Source: Botryllus schlosseri
Taxonomy: Eukaryota
DNA length: 64,000 nt
Assembly (NCBI GenBank): GCA_051294905.1
Contig: CM119372.1
Location: 8,620,001-8,684,000, forward strand
Direction: 5' to 3'
In this document: positions 12,902 to 23,607 of the stretch, piece by piece
How positions within the stretch are numbered: the stretch's first letter is position 1
How the letters are laid out: each line of letters begins with the position of its first letter
Program-made: the position numbers and the translations under genes
The notes under the pieces: generated by a model
Seen by the model: only the letters and a program-made list of their open reading frames with translations
What the model was told of the DNA's origin: nothing
Database searches by the model: none

Positions 12902-13047
12902 CTGGAGTCGGAGTCGGTACGTTTAAAGACCCAGGAGTCGGAGTCGGTGCGTTTAAAGACTCAGGAGTCGGAGTCGGTATATTGAAAATGTGTGGAGTCG
13001 GAGTCGGAGCCGGAGTCGGTGGTAAAATTTACCGACTCCACAGCCCT
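12902..13047. mobile_element. Right half of a GGAGTC-repeat MITE
   Basis: Tandem GGAGTCGGAGTCGGT units ending in CCGACTCCACAGCCCTG; left terminus absent, abutting the truncated Gypsy 3' end. Confidence 0.75.
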
Positions 13048-13875
13048 GCTAGCCTACGTAGCGTACTAAAACTGGTTGTCTGCACCTTCTCTATTTCATA
13101 TATCCATGTAGCATCTAGCATGCTAACATGAAATACATTTCTATCTATGTGGGAGCTCGCTTTGGTCGGGAGAAGTTAATAAAACTCAGATTAGTGTCGC
13201 GCTGTAAAAAGTTGGAAACCACCGACATTGTTACAGATGGCCACTTTCACTTTCATAAAATTTTGTGAGACTGTGCACTGTGCAGCTTATAATATAACCC
13301 GTGCGATCCGACTATTGGCTGTAACTCCTGCAATTTTTTAGTGGTCACATGGACATCAGACCTGCACACATTTCCGTGATGCTTACAGTATCTGTGGCCT
13401 TTACGTCGCCGGAGAATGGATGCGATAGGGGTTTATTGCTTAGATCCCCACAAAATCATAAGCTATACCGGGCCATACACAATTGTAGAACAGAATATAG
13501 CTATCACTGGAGAGCCGTTCTGATAATGTGGCAAAAGGGAAGTTAATGGCATCCTTTCTCAAATGCAGCCTGCACAGAATCTTATATAGTGACCCCATGC
13601 GGTGCACCGAGTCACGGATGATTGTGTGGTCATGCAAGAGGACCCATGTACCCGTAAAATGAAACATGACCGCTCAGATATGCTTATCATCCACAAATGA
13701 TGGCGTAATCACGGTATATAGGCTCGTATGGCAGTATTATAGGGCGTTAGCATCTGGTGATTGACTGCGGCTCCATGCCTCAACATGAGAAGTTAACACC
13801 TTGACTAATCGATGTGATTCTACGGAACGCAAAACAACTATTACAATTTAACTACTATATAATCCTGAATCTTAC

Positions 13876-14083
13876 CTCATTATGTGCGTACAAACACTTC
13901 CTCGAATATTCAGTAGCTAACTTTTCCAAATCCTCGTTCCACTTCATCTTAAGCATGTTGCTTGCCACCGGTTTCACTTCTCGCCTCATCTCATTATGCT
14001 TATCCAATATCTTCTTTTTCTGGGAAGCTGTTAAATCGTGTGCCGTCTTTAAAGCCCTCTTCGTGATGTTGTGGCAAGGATAT
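13876..14083 (-). CDS. Isolated exon of a second CAP-domain gene (paralog of exon 2 of the 50703..40281 gene)
   Basis: Encodes YPCHNITKRALKTAHDLTASQKKKILDKHNEMRREVKPVASNMLKMKWNEDLEKLATEYSRKCLYAHNE; 55 of 66 residues identical to the 50.3-50.5 kb exon. CTAAC branch site plus TAG acceptor (14086-14084); GTAAG donor (13875). Same phases (2 and 0) as the paralogous exon. No clear partner exons in the window. Confidence 0.75.
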
Positions 14084-14514
14084 CTATTTATGATAATATG
14101 CAATGTTAGGACTGATTCTTTATATCCGGATCCAGATCCAGATTTAATTTTCTGCTCTCTGTATATAATGTGAATCAATCGAGACTATTTCCCAAACGAC
14201 ATTACGGAGTCTGTTTTATCGAACACCCATCTGGGCCTATAAAATGACATTGTATGAGGGGTACGTACAGTTGTACACCGTTCGTTGGAAATGAGGAAAT
14301 TGCCATATAAAAATGGGGCAGACAAATAGAGACAAGGGCATAAATTGGCACGAGTTAAAGATCTATTGCAGGATATCTCAAAACGTGCTCCACTAATGTT
14401 AACTCTGCATGGTTCTAGAAGTGATTAAGTACCTCCGTTTTAAAGTTACTCTTGCGCGTGGAGTTTTTATGCATTTCGCTCCAATTCTCCGCTATTCGAC
14501 CCACGTGTGTTGTG

Positions 14515-15167
14515 TTGTTTTGCAGTATTCATGGTGTCTATCGGCTACTATGGTAGGGTTATCATACGTCCTCTTTTAAGAGGATTTGTCCTCTTTTTTG
14601 ACTTGTTTGAAAGTGTCATCGGAGGACGCCTAAATGTCCTCTTTTTGAGATTTTGTCCTCTTTTTTGAGAATTTTGGTTAAATATGGGGCGAAATTGACT
14701 GAGATACAATAAATCAGCACTGAAGTAAAGCTCCGGTGGGTATTTCGGGAGCTGAGCCGGAAAGTTGACCTTTTTTTGAGTCAACCAACGGATAATGTGA
14801 AGGAAAAACTGTATTTCGGGAGCTGAGCTGGAAAGTTGACCTTTTTTTAGTCAACCGACCACGAAATGGGGAAAATTTACCATTTTTTCAGAATTTTCCA
14901 CCGGTTTCTCAAGTCTAAAAATTTTAAAAAAGTGTCCTCTTTTCAGATTTCCAAAATATGGTAACCCTATACTATGGTCATTTACACAAGGCCAAGTTTT
15001 TCTTGTATCTCGGCCCACAGGCTTTCTATAAGACACCGCTTACACGGATGAGATGGCAAGGAGGAGCCTAGATAAACCTCCAACACTTGGGTAGGAATTC
15101 TGGAGTCGGCATCGGTCGGACTCGAACCCGCAACCCATTGGTGTTGCAGCTGTGGGTCTCGCCACCC
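14515..15167 (-). mobile_element. tRNA-headed SINE (family B), interrupted by a MITE
   Basis: B box GGTTCGAGTCC; body homologous to 31625-31888; 11-bp TSD CGTGTGTTGTG (14504-14514, 15168-15178). Confidence 0.85.
14554..14969. mobile_element. hAT-type MITE (TAGGGTTACCATA termini, GTCCTCTTTT repeats) inserted in the SINE
   Basis: TAGGGTTATCATA / TATGGTAACCCTA; perfect 8-bp TSD TACTATGG (14546-14553, 14970-14977). Related end fragment near 39693. Confidence 0.9.
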
Positions 15168-15528
15168 CGTGTGTTGTGCTTAATTGGGGGAAGTCCGCGT
15201 GAAGACGGCGTTGAGTTGACATTGGCCACCATTGAACCGACAAGCCGCCATTCTAGTTTCATTTCCCTCATATCATTGGTATTCAAATCGATAAATATTT
15301 TTAGAATCGAGTGATTGACGGCATATGTTACGGTCCTATATATAGTGGTCTTATACGGATAACGCCACATTGAAGTTTCGACAGTGTTCACCGGCCCGGG
15401 TCACAGCAGCGCACCATCATGCGATTGTTATGTTGTGGAACATAACATGGAAGGGCCTACATAGCCTACTACAGTACAGAGTACATATGTTGCATTTCAC
15501 ATTCCCATGAATTTCGAAATTCATTATG

Positions 15529-16020
15529 CAGACTTGTACAAACTAAACTAAAAATCTAGTTGATTGACGGTAAACTATCGAGCATACTTGGTTTCTGAGT
15601 AGTTCTTGTTGGACTTATAGTCGCGGATTTTGAAACGTTAGTATATCGCTCGTTATAATTCTAGCTGAAGATTCTAATAAATAAATTAGAAAACGCGTGA
15701 CATCGTTTGGCGTGAATCGCGATAACAGTGTTTTGTTGTTTGTTGTTCTTGCAGTCATTGCAAGCTCAGAGTCATCAATACTAACTATGGCGCAGCCATG
15801 GGCTGGATTTTGGAGGTCAAAAGTCCTTCCTTTCAAACGTGTGCTGATGTTCATGTGCGGAAAGCCGATGCGATTCCGACAATAATTATTAAGTAGCTTC
15901 GGAATTGAATCTAGTTGATTGTGTTTTAGTCACTTAGTTCAGATTTTGAAAGGTGCTTTTAGTTCTAATTCTAATTCTAGTAGCGCATTTTTAAAATTCA
16001 GTAGTTTGTATACAAGTCTG
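15529..16020. mobile_element. MITE, CAGACTTG termini
   Basis: CAGACTTGTACAAACTA / TAGTTTGTATACAAGTCTG; inverted relative at 52997-53507 shares the internal segment TTTGGCGTGAATCGCGATA. Confidence 0.8.
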
Positions 16021-16396
16021 CCACTATAGAGTAGTCATACTCTATACTGCCACGATGACACATCGGTTACTGGACAGCTTTTTCGCTCGAGTCAGGCTAA
16101 CAATAATATTGTCAAATGTGAGGCCTGAGACGAAACTCACAAGACATCACTATAGGGCTGTGTCGGCATTCATACAAAAGATGAAACTGAACTGAAACTG
16201 AACTGAACACTAAACAGGTGTAGATTTTTAGTTGTCAAATTCGCTGGTGTGAAACTGACTATTGTCAGCGTATAGTGTAACGCACTCATGCATTTGTGGT
16301 CTGGGGAGTGGGGTATCAAAGATATCATTGTCTTGTAATATGAAAGGTAATATCGATTTCGCCCATATAGCTAGTATGAATAGCAGTTACACAGGC

Positions 16397-16648
16397 AGAG
16401 AGAGAGAGATATGATATTCTTTTTCGCCTGCACCATCGAGATGCTTTGACGACGGAGTTGCGATACGGCCCCATGAGGTCATCTAGTCTGCGCCCCCGTT
16501 TTTTTTCTCCTCCATGCTATCCGTGATTGCTGAGCGCCTAGCAGGATAGCTGCGGATACCATTTTTCGAGTCTTTGGTATGACCCGGCCGGGAACCCACG
16601 ACCTACCGCTCGAGAAGCCGGACGCACAACCATTACACTATCTCGCTC
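16397..16648 (-). mobile_element. tRNA-headed SINE (family A) with (TC)n tail
   Basis: A box TAGTGTAATGG and a degenerate B box on the minus strand; homologous to 33849-34099, 49471-49752 and 52533-52670. Confidence 0.88.
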
Positions 16649-16734
16649 ACATCCATGTTCACTTCATATTTTTCCTTGTCGATTTTTATGCCATTATGTC
16701 TGATTCAGTATGCCATCGTTATAGTATTCGGATG

Positions 16735-17075
16735 AAGTATCTCGGCAGTATCTCGTCGGCTATCCGACAGCCGTCGAGCATGTCCATTGTCCAGTGTCCA
16801 CATTCAAGTCGAAATACAAACAATTTCTACTGAATCAATGCCAGTCAGCCCACTAGTTTACCGGACCACGACCTGACATATCGATCTCACCTTCCGACAC
16901 ATGCCACCTCATTTGTCGCCTGTCATTCTATATTATCTTTTAATTTTCATTCAGTGTACATGCCTCCTTTTTACATCGCCTAGGCTTGGTGGGTGTCTGG
17001 TTTCGAAGACTAGCCTACTCCAAGTCATTTCGACTCCTTACTATCTTTCATTGTATCGCAGTCTTGTGGTGTATA
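16735..17075 (+). mobile_element. L2/CR1-group LINE 3' end fragment
   Basis: Near-identical stretches to 57180-57416 and 58740-58830, for example GTCCACATTCAAGTCGAAATACAAACAATTTCTAC. Confidence 0.8.
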
Positions 17076-17414
17076 CATATTACAGAACCGTAACTGCCGC
17101 ACCTAACCCCCCAATTGGGGAGCGAGCTCGAAGGGGGTCCAAAATTATATCGTGAATTAGCATAAATTATGGAGTTTTGTTTTACTTTTCCAACTATATT
17201 TCAATTTTTTTCGCGCTAGGCTAACAATAAATTGTATTGAAGCCTTAGTATAACTTCGTAGTATTACAAGGCGTTTATCAGTTTTGATATATCAGTTTGA
17301 TATACGCGTATTCTAGATCAGTGCTCTTCAGCCTTTTTCGTCGTCGTACACCCTTTTAACGTTTACTCAAAACTCGTACACCCTTGATACATAGATTCCG
17401 TAGTAAGCCTTATT

Positions 17415-18286
17415 CGGGGGTGCTCAACCGTTTTTGCAATTCTCGGCCATATTTCGATTACATATTTAGCATACGGCCGCATTCTTAGTAGAGAGTCGTC
17501 ATGACCCATCTGGACGACAAATATTCATGTTAAATTGGATACTAGGAACTTCGGAGAGAGCCATTGTGGTGTTCTGCGCCATCGCTGATTTCTTGAGATA
17601 TACCTTAGGTATAAAAGTTCCTAATTGTAGAAGCAGAGCACCCCGCAGGCTTAATATATCTGTTCCAAAATCGAGAGTATAAATGTCAGGAAAAGTTACT
17701 GGTATCTGGTTTCCAGTCGCGCCGTGCGCGAAAATTTTTTCTAACTAGTGAATGAATTTCGTCGATTATAGATAGTTTCACATATCACTGTCACATATTT
17801 ATCCATTCTCAGTCCAGTAGATCAGATTAACCGACAGAGATGTCTTTGATAATTTTGGTCACAACATTAGTGATGATGCACTTCCGTTTTTTATTAACCA
17901 CTTTGTTGCATGATGTTATTTGTTGACCTCCCATCAGGATAGTGGGTATAGTTAAAATTTATTGGAATCGCTCAAACGTACCAGAAAAACTTTTTTCGTG
18001 AGACACTCACGATTCTAACTAGATATTTCTTTATGGAGTGCATCATTTTTCTCTGTGGTTCGCATTTGTACAGTGCTGAGCTCAGATTGTAATAATCCAA
18101 GTCACCCCAAATCGCGATATGCATGAAGAAATTTTTTAAGTTCATTTAAAATCTCTCAAATATTTGGTAACCACTTCGTTCATTCAAATTGCATATTGAC
18201 GGCCACTATGATTTGATTATGTGAATACGGTCGCATATTGTTTTACGGCTGCATGCGGCCGTTCGTCCGCAGGTTGGCCACACCTG
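17415..18286. mobile_element. Nested hAT MITE
   Basis: CGGGGGTGCTCAACC / GGTTGGCCACACCTG; flanks GCCTTATT / GCCTAATT; relative at 58083-58619. Confidence 0.75.
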
Positions 18287-18588
18287 GCCTAATTGGAATG
18301 AAGATGAGCAACTCTGCAACGTATAGGAAATGCTAAATACTAATCAGGGCTCGATGTTACCGGACCACGATCAAACACAGTGATTCTCAAATCGACCCCG
18401 AGACTTCCTGGGTGTGCCCCTGCAATTATGTACACTGCGCTATTTATAAGCATCTCGCAGGAGTTACCAATTGAAAATGTCTGACCTATCGCGGTCGTTT
18501 TCACGAGAATCATTATAGACAGATATCGCAAGCTGAACACATGTTAAATCCATCCTAATCCAATGCAAAAGGAACCAATGTGTTAGAT

Positions 18589-18758
18589 CAGTGGTTCCCA
18601 ACGTGGGCGATATCGCCCCCCAGGGGGCGATTTGGCGATCTAGGGGGGCGAAAATTACGAAGGGGGCGATAGGGGGGCGAAAATGGACAAAGGGGGCGAC
18701 GGGGGGCGAAAATAGCGAAGGGGGCGATAGGGGGGCGATGACGCGTCAAAACGGCTGA

Positions 18759-18793
<35 letters not shown>

Positions 18794-18997
18794 TCATCCA
18801 CCTAGCCATTCGGAGAGAAAAAACGTTATTTTCAGCTCTGAGCAGAGAAAGATGACCTTTTTTTTTTTTTTTTTTTAGTCAACCCGCCGGTGATTACAGC
18901 CTGTATGCCCAATTATCGGTGCACAAAATTTGGGGGGCGATGATCGGTGTTGACCTTGAAAAGGGGGCGATGGGTCGAAAAAGGTTGGGAACCACTG
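18589..18997. mobile_element. Young hAT MITE with GGGGCGA repeats and poly-T tracts
   Basis: TIRs CAGTGGTTCCCAAC / GTTGGGAACCACTG; perfect TSD TGTTAGAT (18581-18588, 18998-19005). Inverted relatives at 24403-25535 and ~56087-56477. Confidence 0.93.
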
Positions 18998-19254
18998 TGT
19001 TAGATGATGAGGAGATGTATCTGTTTATGACATCACAAAAGGGAAGTAATTTACAAGTTGTGCACAGCTGGTATAAACAACCTGTCATGAAGCACAAACT
19101 TGCCTATTTATTGTGATAGCTATAGTCATCGATCCATCCTAATGCGAATCATTTAATACACCTCAGTACACTCCATCCGAGTGCTACACCCTTTTCAAGT
19201 TATGGTACACCCTGGGGTGTACGATACTCCCGGTTGAAGAGACATGTGCTAGAT

Positions 19255-20618
19255 CAGGCCTGGGCAAAGTGCGGCCCGCGGGCCAAATGCGGCCCGTGGA
19301 GCTATTATGTGCAGCCCGTGTAAGGTTGCTTGAAATTGAAAATATAAAATAAACTTTTTAGGTTGTATGAATTGGACCGTGAATTCGTTTACTATCAAGC
19401 CTGTTCATTAACTTGCCGCGATTACGCAGCCTATACGTACATCACATGCCTAATCCAGATTCAAAGTAGAGTCAACGTCAAAATTCTGCCGTTACAATTA
19501 AAGTCACAAGAAGTCACCAAACCTTCTTTTTTGCCATCGTCACATTACGCATTACAACGGTCTGTGTTTCAAATTGTTACGTGATAAGTTCCAAATCCTT
19601 AATTTGTAAGACAAATCAATCGGTGCCCGTGATTTCTATGAGTATATCACCACCCGTAAAGGATGTATAAAAGGAAAGTCGAAAGTTGAAATTCAAAGAA
19701 GGTTCGGGGGACTAACTATTTGTTTACTAACCGTCTTTTTAGCAGTTAGTGCTGCGCACGTCGTCATGTTTAACGAGTATAATTTAAGTCGGTTCTATGA
19801 CAAAAACACGAAGACATCGGCTACACTCGATCAAGAGAAGGCGAATTTCGAAATAGCGGCAAGTCAACAAGAAAGGTCAACAAGAAAGCCATCTCGGCAA
19901 GCTGCACACTTCTCGGAAACCCGCTACCAAGACAATAAGCTTTATCGTATCCCCAGGACCGTAACTTCCGCATCCCAAACTCCCCAATTGGGGGGGGGCG
20001 AGCTAGAAGGGCACCCAAAATTATTTCGTGAATGAACATAAACCAACAGGCCCTCCCGAATATTTCCAAGACAGCACCTCACTCAGCTCTAGCGGTAAAA
20101 CTGAGTACGCGGGCTTAGAGAATAAAAAATATAGCAATATATGTGCAATTACTAATATTATTAACCGATTGAATCATGAATCATGAAAAAATGCCGCGCT
20201 TCGCGCGATTAGGGCACAAAACATTGCCAATTAGTGTATACAAGAAATCTCGCTCAGAAGCAGTGTTAAAAACGTGCATCCCGATTAGGTCCCAAGTCCA
20301 ACGTTTCGGGGGGCTGACGACGGGCTGTTTCGGCCATTGCAAATACATTTTAATATATTGATAGAAAAACGCGAGTAGGGGTTTAAAGAGGGTTCAAAAT
20401 GTCTCATGTTTAACATTGTTTCGAAATATGGCGGCAAATAAATATTTTTTGGTAATTAACCGTCACTTTCTCATTCCCCAATATCAGCATATCCACTGCT
20501 TTCAATTTAGAAATAAAATCAATACGCGGGAGAATACAGCTAAAATTTCTGACTCGGCCCGCCAACGTATTTTGTGCTTCTCATTTGGCCCGCGGTGAAA
20601 AATAATTGCCCACCCCTG
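19255..20618 (+). mobile_element. hAT (Charlie/SPIN-like) deletion derivative with a transposase N-terminal remnant
   Basis: CAGGCCTGGGCAA / TTGCCCACCCCTG; perfect TSD TGCTAGAT; 'FNEYNLSRFYDK' (19769-) resembles the KEYNLxRHY motif of GTF2IRD2/EPM2AIP1-type transposases; contains a nested CAGGACCGTAAC element (~19954-20339). Relative at 45348-46155. Confidence 0.85.
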
Positions 20619-20699
20619 TGCTAGATGCATTGACCGAATTCTTCGTTGACACGAACTGCCATTACTCCGTTTCAAATTGTTATTAGTTTAGAAAAAGAG

Positions 20700-21935
20700 A
20701 TGGCAAAGTCGCTGAGAGACGGACTTTCAGCATTCCCGTGGCCACTCACTGGTCACGATTTTTTTTGTGGCCGGCCACAAATATTCCGTGGCCGTCCATG
20801 AAAAGTGCTATTCCAAGGCCGGCCACAGTGAATTTTATGGCCGGCCATGGTCAAATGTATGATAAATTATGTTCTATTATGTGCGTACAGTCAATAAAAC
20901 TAGGTGAGAGCGAGAGTTTAGCTCAGTTTATAAGCATTTTCACCCGAAATACCAGACGAATAGCGATACAATGAAACGACAGAAAGAAGTCGAAACGGTT
21001 AAGCAGAGTTTCTAAAATATCAATTAAAAACACACAAAATGATGTAAAGAATGCAGAAAAATAGGGATATCCGCTAAATGAAATAGGAAATAATGGTATA
21101 GAAAGCTGGAAGCAATGAAGAGAGTATCAAAACTGGTAACCGGTAAGTGTTGATTTTTTTTTTGTAAAAATAGACCCGAATATTCGGCTGACACTCGTCC
21201 CGGCTAATCGTAAGAATCTTTATAGAATTGGAAAAAACAATGTACACCAAATATATGGTAGAAAATATCTATAAGCTCCCCCAAAGCTGTGAAATTCGCA
21301 TGACATTCTATGGCCGGCCACAGAATAGATTTGAGCTCGCTGTGGCCGGTGCTTCCCCCGTTCTGATATTGATTTTCTACGGAAAGATGTGCATTGTACA
21401 GTTGCAATCGATTGTTTAGTTCGTTATATTTTATAAATATGCATACCTGCGATTAAATAATATGAGGCGGATTATGTCCTTCATTTTTCAGCCATATTTA
21501 TCGTTTAGGATTAGTCTGCGATGCGAAATTATACATATATATTTGATCATGTACTTTAAGGATGTAGGGGCAATTTAAAATCTTTCGTGAATTACCCTGA
21601 TGAATTTATGAACAGTACAATACTGTACTGGAAATTTGTCCTAATTCACTGCAGATTTGTTCGATTTACGTTTATATTTCCTTATGGATACATATGTATG
21701 TTAATCGCAATACTTAATCGGTCAGTATGCGGTCATTTTACCTGCTTTCTCGTTCTCAGTACTAAATATCGTAATCGCAGTACCCGAAAGAAACAAATAG
21801 GGAATCAAAGAACCAAGAATATGTCGAAAATACTCTTTAAGTTGCAGAAAAGCTGTGAAATCCACTGAACATTCTGTGGCCGGCCACAGAGCAGCTCGCT
21901 GTGGCCGGTGCTTCCCCCGATCTGATATCTCTTTC
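20700..21935. repeat. GGCCGGCCAC-motif interspersed repeat (probable DNA transposon) with a duplicated end
   Basis: Repeated GTGGCCGGCCAC; the block AAGCTGTGAAAT...GTGGCCGGTGCTTCCCCCG occurs at ~21284-21360 and ~21850-21919; inverted copy at ~28350-29500. Confidence 0.65.
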
Positions 21936-22423
21936 CAGCGGTATAGCATAGGTATAGTATAGAATACTAACCTACGTAGGTTAGTAATCTATAGGTATGG
22001 ATAGGATATGTAGTTGCAAGCAATTCCATAGTTTGTTATCTTTCGTATAGCTGAATAGCAGTGAATTGGATAATGCCTGGCTGATACAATCCTTCTTTTC
22101 TGTATCAGGTCTATGATAAGTCCACGATATACGGTCATATACATATTTGATCATCGTACTGCTATACATACGACGTTCGCTATCCTCAACATCAATGGAG
22201 CTTGCTGCACTCATATTGTTGGACGATGATAATTGTGTCGATGAATCTATGAATATTTCGATGCTGTAGCAGCACTTGAACTTGACGCACTGCAGATTTT
22301 CTGCATGTGTGAAAAAGAAGTCAACGATGTAGCCTAACCTACTGCCGGTACTAATGATAAAATGTGGGGCTTTGTTCCCAGAAATTCGATTTTGGTCACG
22401 TTTCCGATCCCATATATTTTGTA

Positions 22424-22646
22424 TATATCGTCACAGTGGAATCAAAGTGACTTATATGTCCATTTTACACATTTTGAGAAAATTCTTCTTTCATCCATAT
22501 ATTGGCCCTGATTAACTTTAAATTAATGAAACAGAAGTAACCATGGCCGAAAAAAATTGATCTTGATTTTTTTTACAAGTTTTAAAAATGGACCTTCAAA
22601 ATTTGAAAACTGGACATATGTCACTTTGATTCCACTGCGACAATAT
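22424..22646. mobile_element. Short MITE in a TA run (Tc1/mariner-type target)
   Basis: About 35-bp TIRs TATCGTCACAGTGGAATCAAAGTGAC.. / ..GTCACTTTGATTCCACTGCGACAATA, flanked by TATA on both sides. Confidence 0.8.
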
Positions 22647-23607
22647 ATATGCATCTAGGAGCCGTTCTTCCAGGTTGAAACAAACCATGTACGAATGAAA
22701 TGGATGTCGAAGTCACTATCGATGGCGTGCATGCCAGAGGATATATGATTACTTGGGTGCAAGTGCAAGGATCGTTTTGTATCGCATGTCGTTGTTAGAT
22801 CAAGCTGCTAACCGATGTGGTGGGCATAGGACGTCTGCTTTATAATCAAATTTATGTTATAGTAGGCCTAATAGATCACTCCAGATGCTTTGCGTCATCA
22901 AATGCAGTTCCATCGACCGACGAAAAAATGCCTATGCCTGCGTATTGACTCATTACTCATAATATATTTGTGGTTAATGCAAGGAGCAATGGAATGTTTC
23001 CTCAAACAATGTACAGGGAACAATTTTGATGACACAGACAAGTTCGAATCGTTCATTATAGTTTAGCATCTGAAGGCAGTGCAAATGCTTATCGCTGTGT
23101 AAAGCAGACATGGGGTGATTACTTTATGAATGTAATCGATTGCGATTACGATTACTTCGGAATCACGCGATTACGATTACGATTACAGCAAAATCAGGAA
23201 GTAGTCGATTACGATTACGATTACATTGAAAAAGTAATCACGATTACTCACGATTACATTTGTTTTGCTTAGGACTATAATCTTAAATGATATATGGGAA
23301 GAAAATACAAGGATTGCGATGAAAAGGCTTAATGAGATATCAACTTTCTTCATCATGCGTCATTTGCTTATTACGTCATAATATATCGATTGCCCAACTT
23401 TATAGTGGATGATTTATCGCATCCAACGATTTGCATTATTGCCAGGTCTTTACCTGCCGCGCCCCAAATTCCTTAATAGAGTGGGGAGCGTGCTCGAAGG
23501 GGACCCAAAAGTATTTCGTAAACAAGCATATATTATAGAGCATTTTCGAGAATTTAATTAATTCCTGTAAATGTTTTTCGAGCTTTGCGATTCAAATATA
23601 TCTAGAA

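Larger units (their letters stand above)
17319..19246. mobile_element. hAT MITE (CAGTGCTCTTCA / GTACACCC family) carrying two nested MITEs
   Basis: CAGTGCTCTTCAGCC / GGTTGAAGAGACATG; flanks TTCTAGAT / TGCTAGAT (7 of 8 match). Confidence 0.8.

Noticed and set aside
12902..13030. Regularly spaced GGAGTCGGAGTCGGT repeats resembling a CRISPR array
   Set aside because: Spacers are short and similar to each other, the array ends in a TIR, there are no cas genes, and the DNA is eukaryotic.
15290..15370. MWRYPY... as the missing first exon of the CAP paralog
   Set aside because: No hydrophobic core and no convincing phase-2 donor.
18588..18809. ORF with a poly-lysine run
   Set aside because: Translation of the poly-T tract inside a MITE.
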